Position numbers and translations under genes: made by a program. Below are positions 61,690 to 64,000 of a stretch of 64,000 bases of DNA, piece after piece; the first letter of the stretch is position 1; each line of letters starts with the position of its first letter. The notes beneath the pieces are model-generated. The model had not been told where the DNA came from and ran no database searches. It worked only from the letters and a program-made list of their open reading frames with translations. Source of the stretch: the human T2T-CHM13v2.0 reference genome, Homo sapiens. Location of the stretch: assembly GCF_009914755.1 (NCBI RefSeq), contig NC_060930.1; one strand, written 5' to 3'.

Positions 61690-61930
61690 GGCTCTATCGG
61701 TTCTCCTTCAGCAGCTCTCCTCAGTACGCCCGTTCCCCACTTCCCCAGCCACAGCTCTGGTCCAGCTTCCTCCTCAGAGGGCTTGCCTTCTCCATACTCT
61801 TCTCTTCCAAACTATCTGTCACGCAATTGCATCTTTCTGCAGCTCTGTTCTGGCCACGTCCCTCTTCTGCTCTGAAGCCTCCCATAGCTCTCCATTGCCT
61901 TCAGCATCCAGCCTGTCGTCCGGCCTTGTC
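61690..61930 (-). mobile_element. L2 fragment
   Basis: Reverse complement aggcaatggagagctatgggaggcttcagagcagaagagggac resembles L2. Confidence 0.5.
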
Positions 61931-62859
61931 CTTCACGTTATGATGTAACTCATAACTCCTGGGCTTGATATGGGGTCCTCAGGCCTGGCTGATACTCCAG
62001 CAGGACTTTATACAGCTTCCCAGGACTTGTGTGGGGTGGGGAAATTGAGATGTGGCTCTTCCTAAGGCACATGTCTTTGAGGAACAGCCTTACAGGAATT
62101 CCTCAGCTTTGGCCTAGAGTCATAGAATGTTAGAACGAAAGGACAACTCAGGAAGCTCTGCTGTTGACTGATGTTTAAGTGAGGCATGGGGAGAGAAGTC
62201 GGTGGGATCTCTAACACTAGTGAAGTTGTAGTAGCTCCCATAGGACTCTGCCTGTCCTGACACCAGCTAACAAATGTTATTCCCAGGCTTTCCTACTCAT
62301 TGGATTTTCTGCTTCACCCAAGCAAAGCCTTTCTCCCCTACCTGCTGCCCACCCCCACCCCCAACATTGTATATCTTTCTCTCTTCTTTCCCAGGTTCTC
62401 TTTTCATGAAAACCTTCATTGAGTTGTTCCACTCACTCTATTTTATGACTTAACATTTCAATCTTCTGAACCCATTTGTTTATTCACAGTTACTTCCCGT
62501 ATGTCACATGTGGAATTTTTTTTCCGCTGTGTCTTATCACCCTGGCCCAGCTGTTAGCCCTCACGTTTGGGCCCCTTGTGCAGGTCTCTTGACATCCCTC
62601 AACCGGAGCCTAGCACAGAGTGTATGCTGCCCTCTTCTGGGGGATAAGCTGGCTGCCAGAGGCTGGTCATCAATCAAGTTTCAACAGGCAGATGCTGTGG
62701 TTTCTGCCACTGTCTGCCCTATCCTTATTTTTTCCGCCCTTACAAATACGTGATACATAAAGGCATAATACTTTGGAATAGTGGATTTTTAAGTATATAT
62801 ATCTTGGATGTTTCTTTGCATTGTAGAAGTAATACTTCCTCATTAAAAAAATTTAAACA

Positions 62860-63448
62860 GGCTGGGGACGGTGACTCACACCTGTAATCCCAGCCGAGGC
62901 AGGAGGATCACTTGAGCCCAGGAGTTCAAGACCAGCCTGGGCAACATGGTGAGACCCCATCTCTACAAAAAATTTAAGAAGTAGCTGGGCATGGTGGCAC
63001 ACGACTGTAGTCCCAGCTACTCAGGAGGTTGAGATGGAAGGATCACTCGAGCCCAGGAGGTCAAGGCTACAGTGAGCCAAGATCGCACCACTGTATTCCA
63101 GCCAGGGTGATAAGGTAGGAATCCTTCCTCTCCTTAAATTCTTCTCCCCAGAAATAACTTGTTTTTTGAGATGGAGTCTTGCTCTGTCGCCCAGGCTAGA
63201 GTGCACTGGTGCGATCTTGGCTCACTACAGCCTTGACCTCCTGGCTCAAAGGATCTTCCCACCTCAGCCTCCTGAGTTGCTGGAATTATAGGTGCGCACC
63301 ATGACGCCTGGCCAATTTTTGTATTTTCAGTAAAGACAGGCTTTTGTCATGTTGCCTAGCCTGGTCTTGAGCTCCTGGGCTCAACACTCCGCCCACCTCG
63401 GCCTCCCTAAGTGCTGGGATTACAGGTGTGAGCCACAGCACCTGGCCA
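62860..63448. mobile_element. Tail-to-tail inverted Alu pair (62860-63110 +, 63162-63448 -)
   Basis: Two Alus about 50 bp apart in opposite orientation. Confidence 0.88.
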
Positions 63449-64000
63449 TAACCATTGTTAATAGTTCTTCTTTCAAGAATTGTTTGAAATATTTACCACA
63501 TTCCAGGTGCCATTGTAAGCACTTTACTTGTGTGTTCTCATTTATCTTCCCTGAAACCCTCTGAGGTGTGAATGATTATTCCCATTTTATAGGGTAGGAA
63601 ACTGAGGACAGTAATTTAGAAAACAATCCCACTAAGCATTATTTGGAGAGCTGTCCTGTGGAACAGCAATCAGGTTTGTTTGGGCTTGCCTGAGAATATC
63701 ACACGAACACCAAAGGGTGGGAGTGAGGAGGCAGCTGGTTTTGTTGAATATGGTGAAGCGCTTTCTGGTGAATCACTTCATACATCAGTGGAAGAGGCTT
63801 CCCTTGAGTGGAGTTTGTGAGCCCCTTTCGCTGGCAGTGTTCACATCCCTGCTGGCTAGCCATCTGGCGGGGATGCTGAAGAGGAGTTCCTCGCCAGTAG
63901 GAGGGTGGCCAAGGTGACCTCCATGGTTCTTTTCAGTTCTGGCTTCTTCTCTGATGAGTACTAAGGTTGAGCAGCCAAGTGAACCTCATTATCCTCTGCT

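Noticed and set aside
61362-61948. Cluster of overlapping ORFs around exon 10
   Set aside because: Explained by antisense reading of exon 10 plus an L2-like pyrimidine-rich fragment

Overview
Primate (human-like) genomic DNA containing the CpG-island promoter and coding exons 1-10 of TBC1D22B (+ strand; Rab GTPase-activating protein, TBC/Gyp1 family). The gene continues beyond the window. All ten exons join at GT-AG junctions into one open frame (1165 nt, 388 codons plus 1 nt) that includes the IxxDxxR arginine finger and the YxQ glutamine finger. Most of the rest is intron filled with about 40 Alus, L1/L2/MIR fragments, hAT/mariner MITEs and a heavily interrupted Tigger1. Nearly all entries in the supplied ORF track are repeat-derived or chance ORFs. 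The standout is a ~400-bp minus-strand processed retrocopy in intron 8 (~43000-43400). It is a THE1 (MaLR) LTR first exon that ends exactly at the THE1 splice donor and is joined to IER3IP1 coding sequence from codon 31 onward, followed by a short 3'UTR, AATAAA, a poly(A) tail and a target-site duplication. It looks like a fossil of an LTR-promoted, germline-expressed IER3IP1 isoform with a new in-frame start (MWNF-GWG...) lacking the first hydrophobic segment. It sits at a target site that was used twice. Gene, protein and repeat-family names are from recall, not database searches, and repeat boundaries are approximate.
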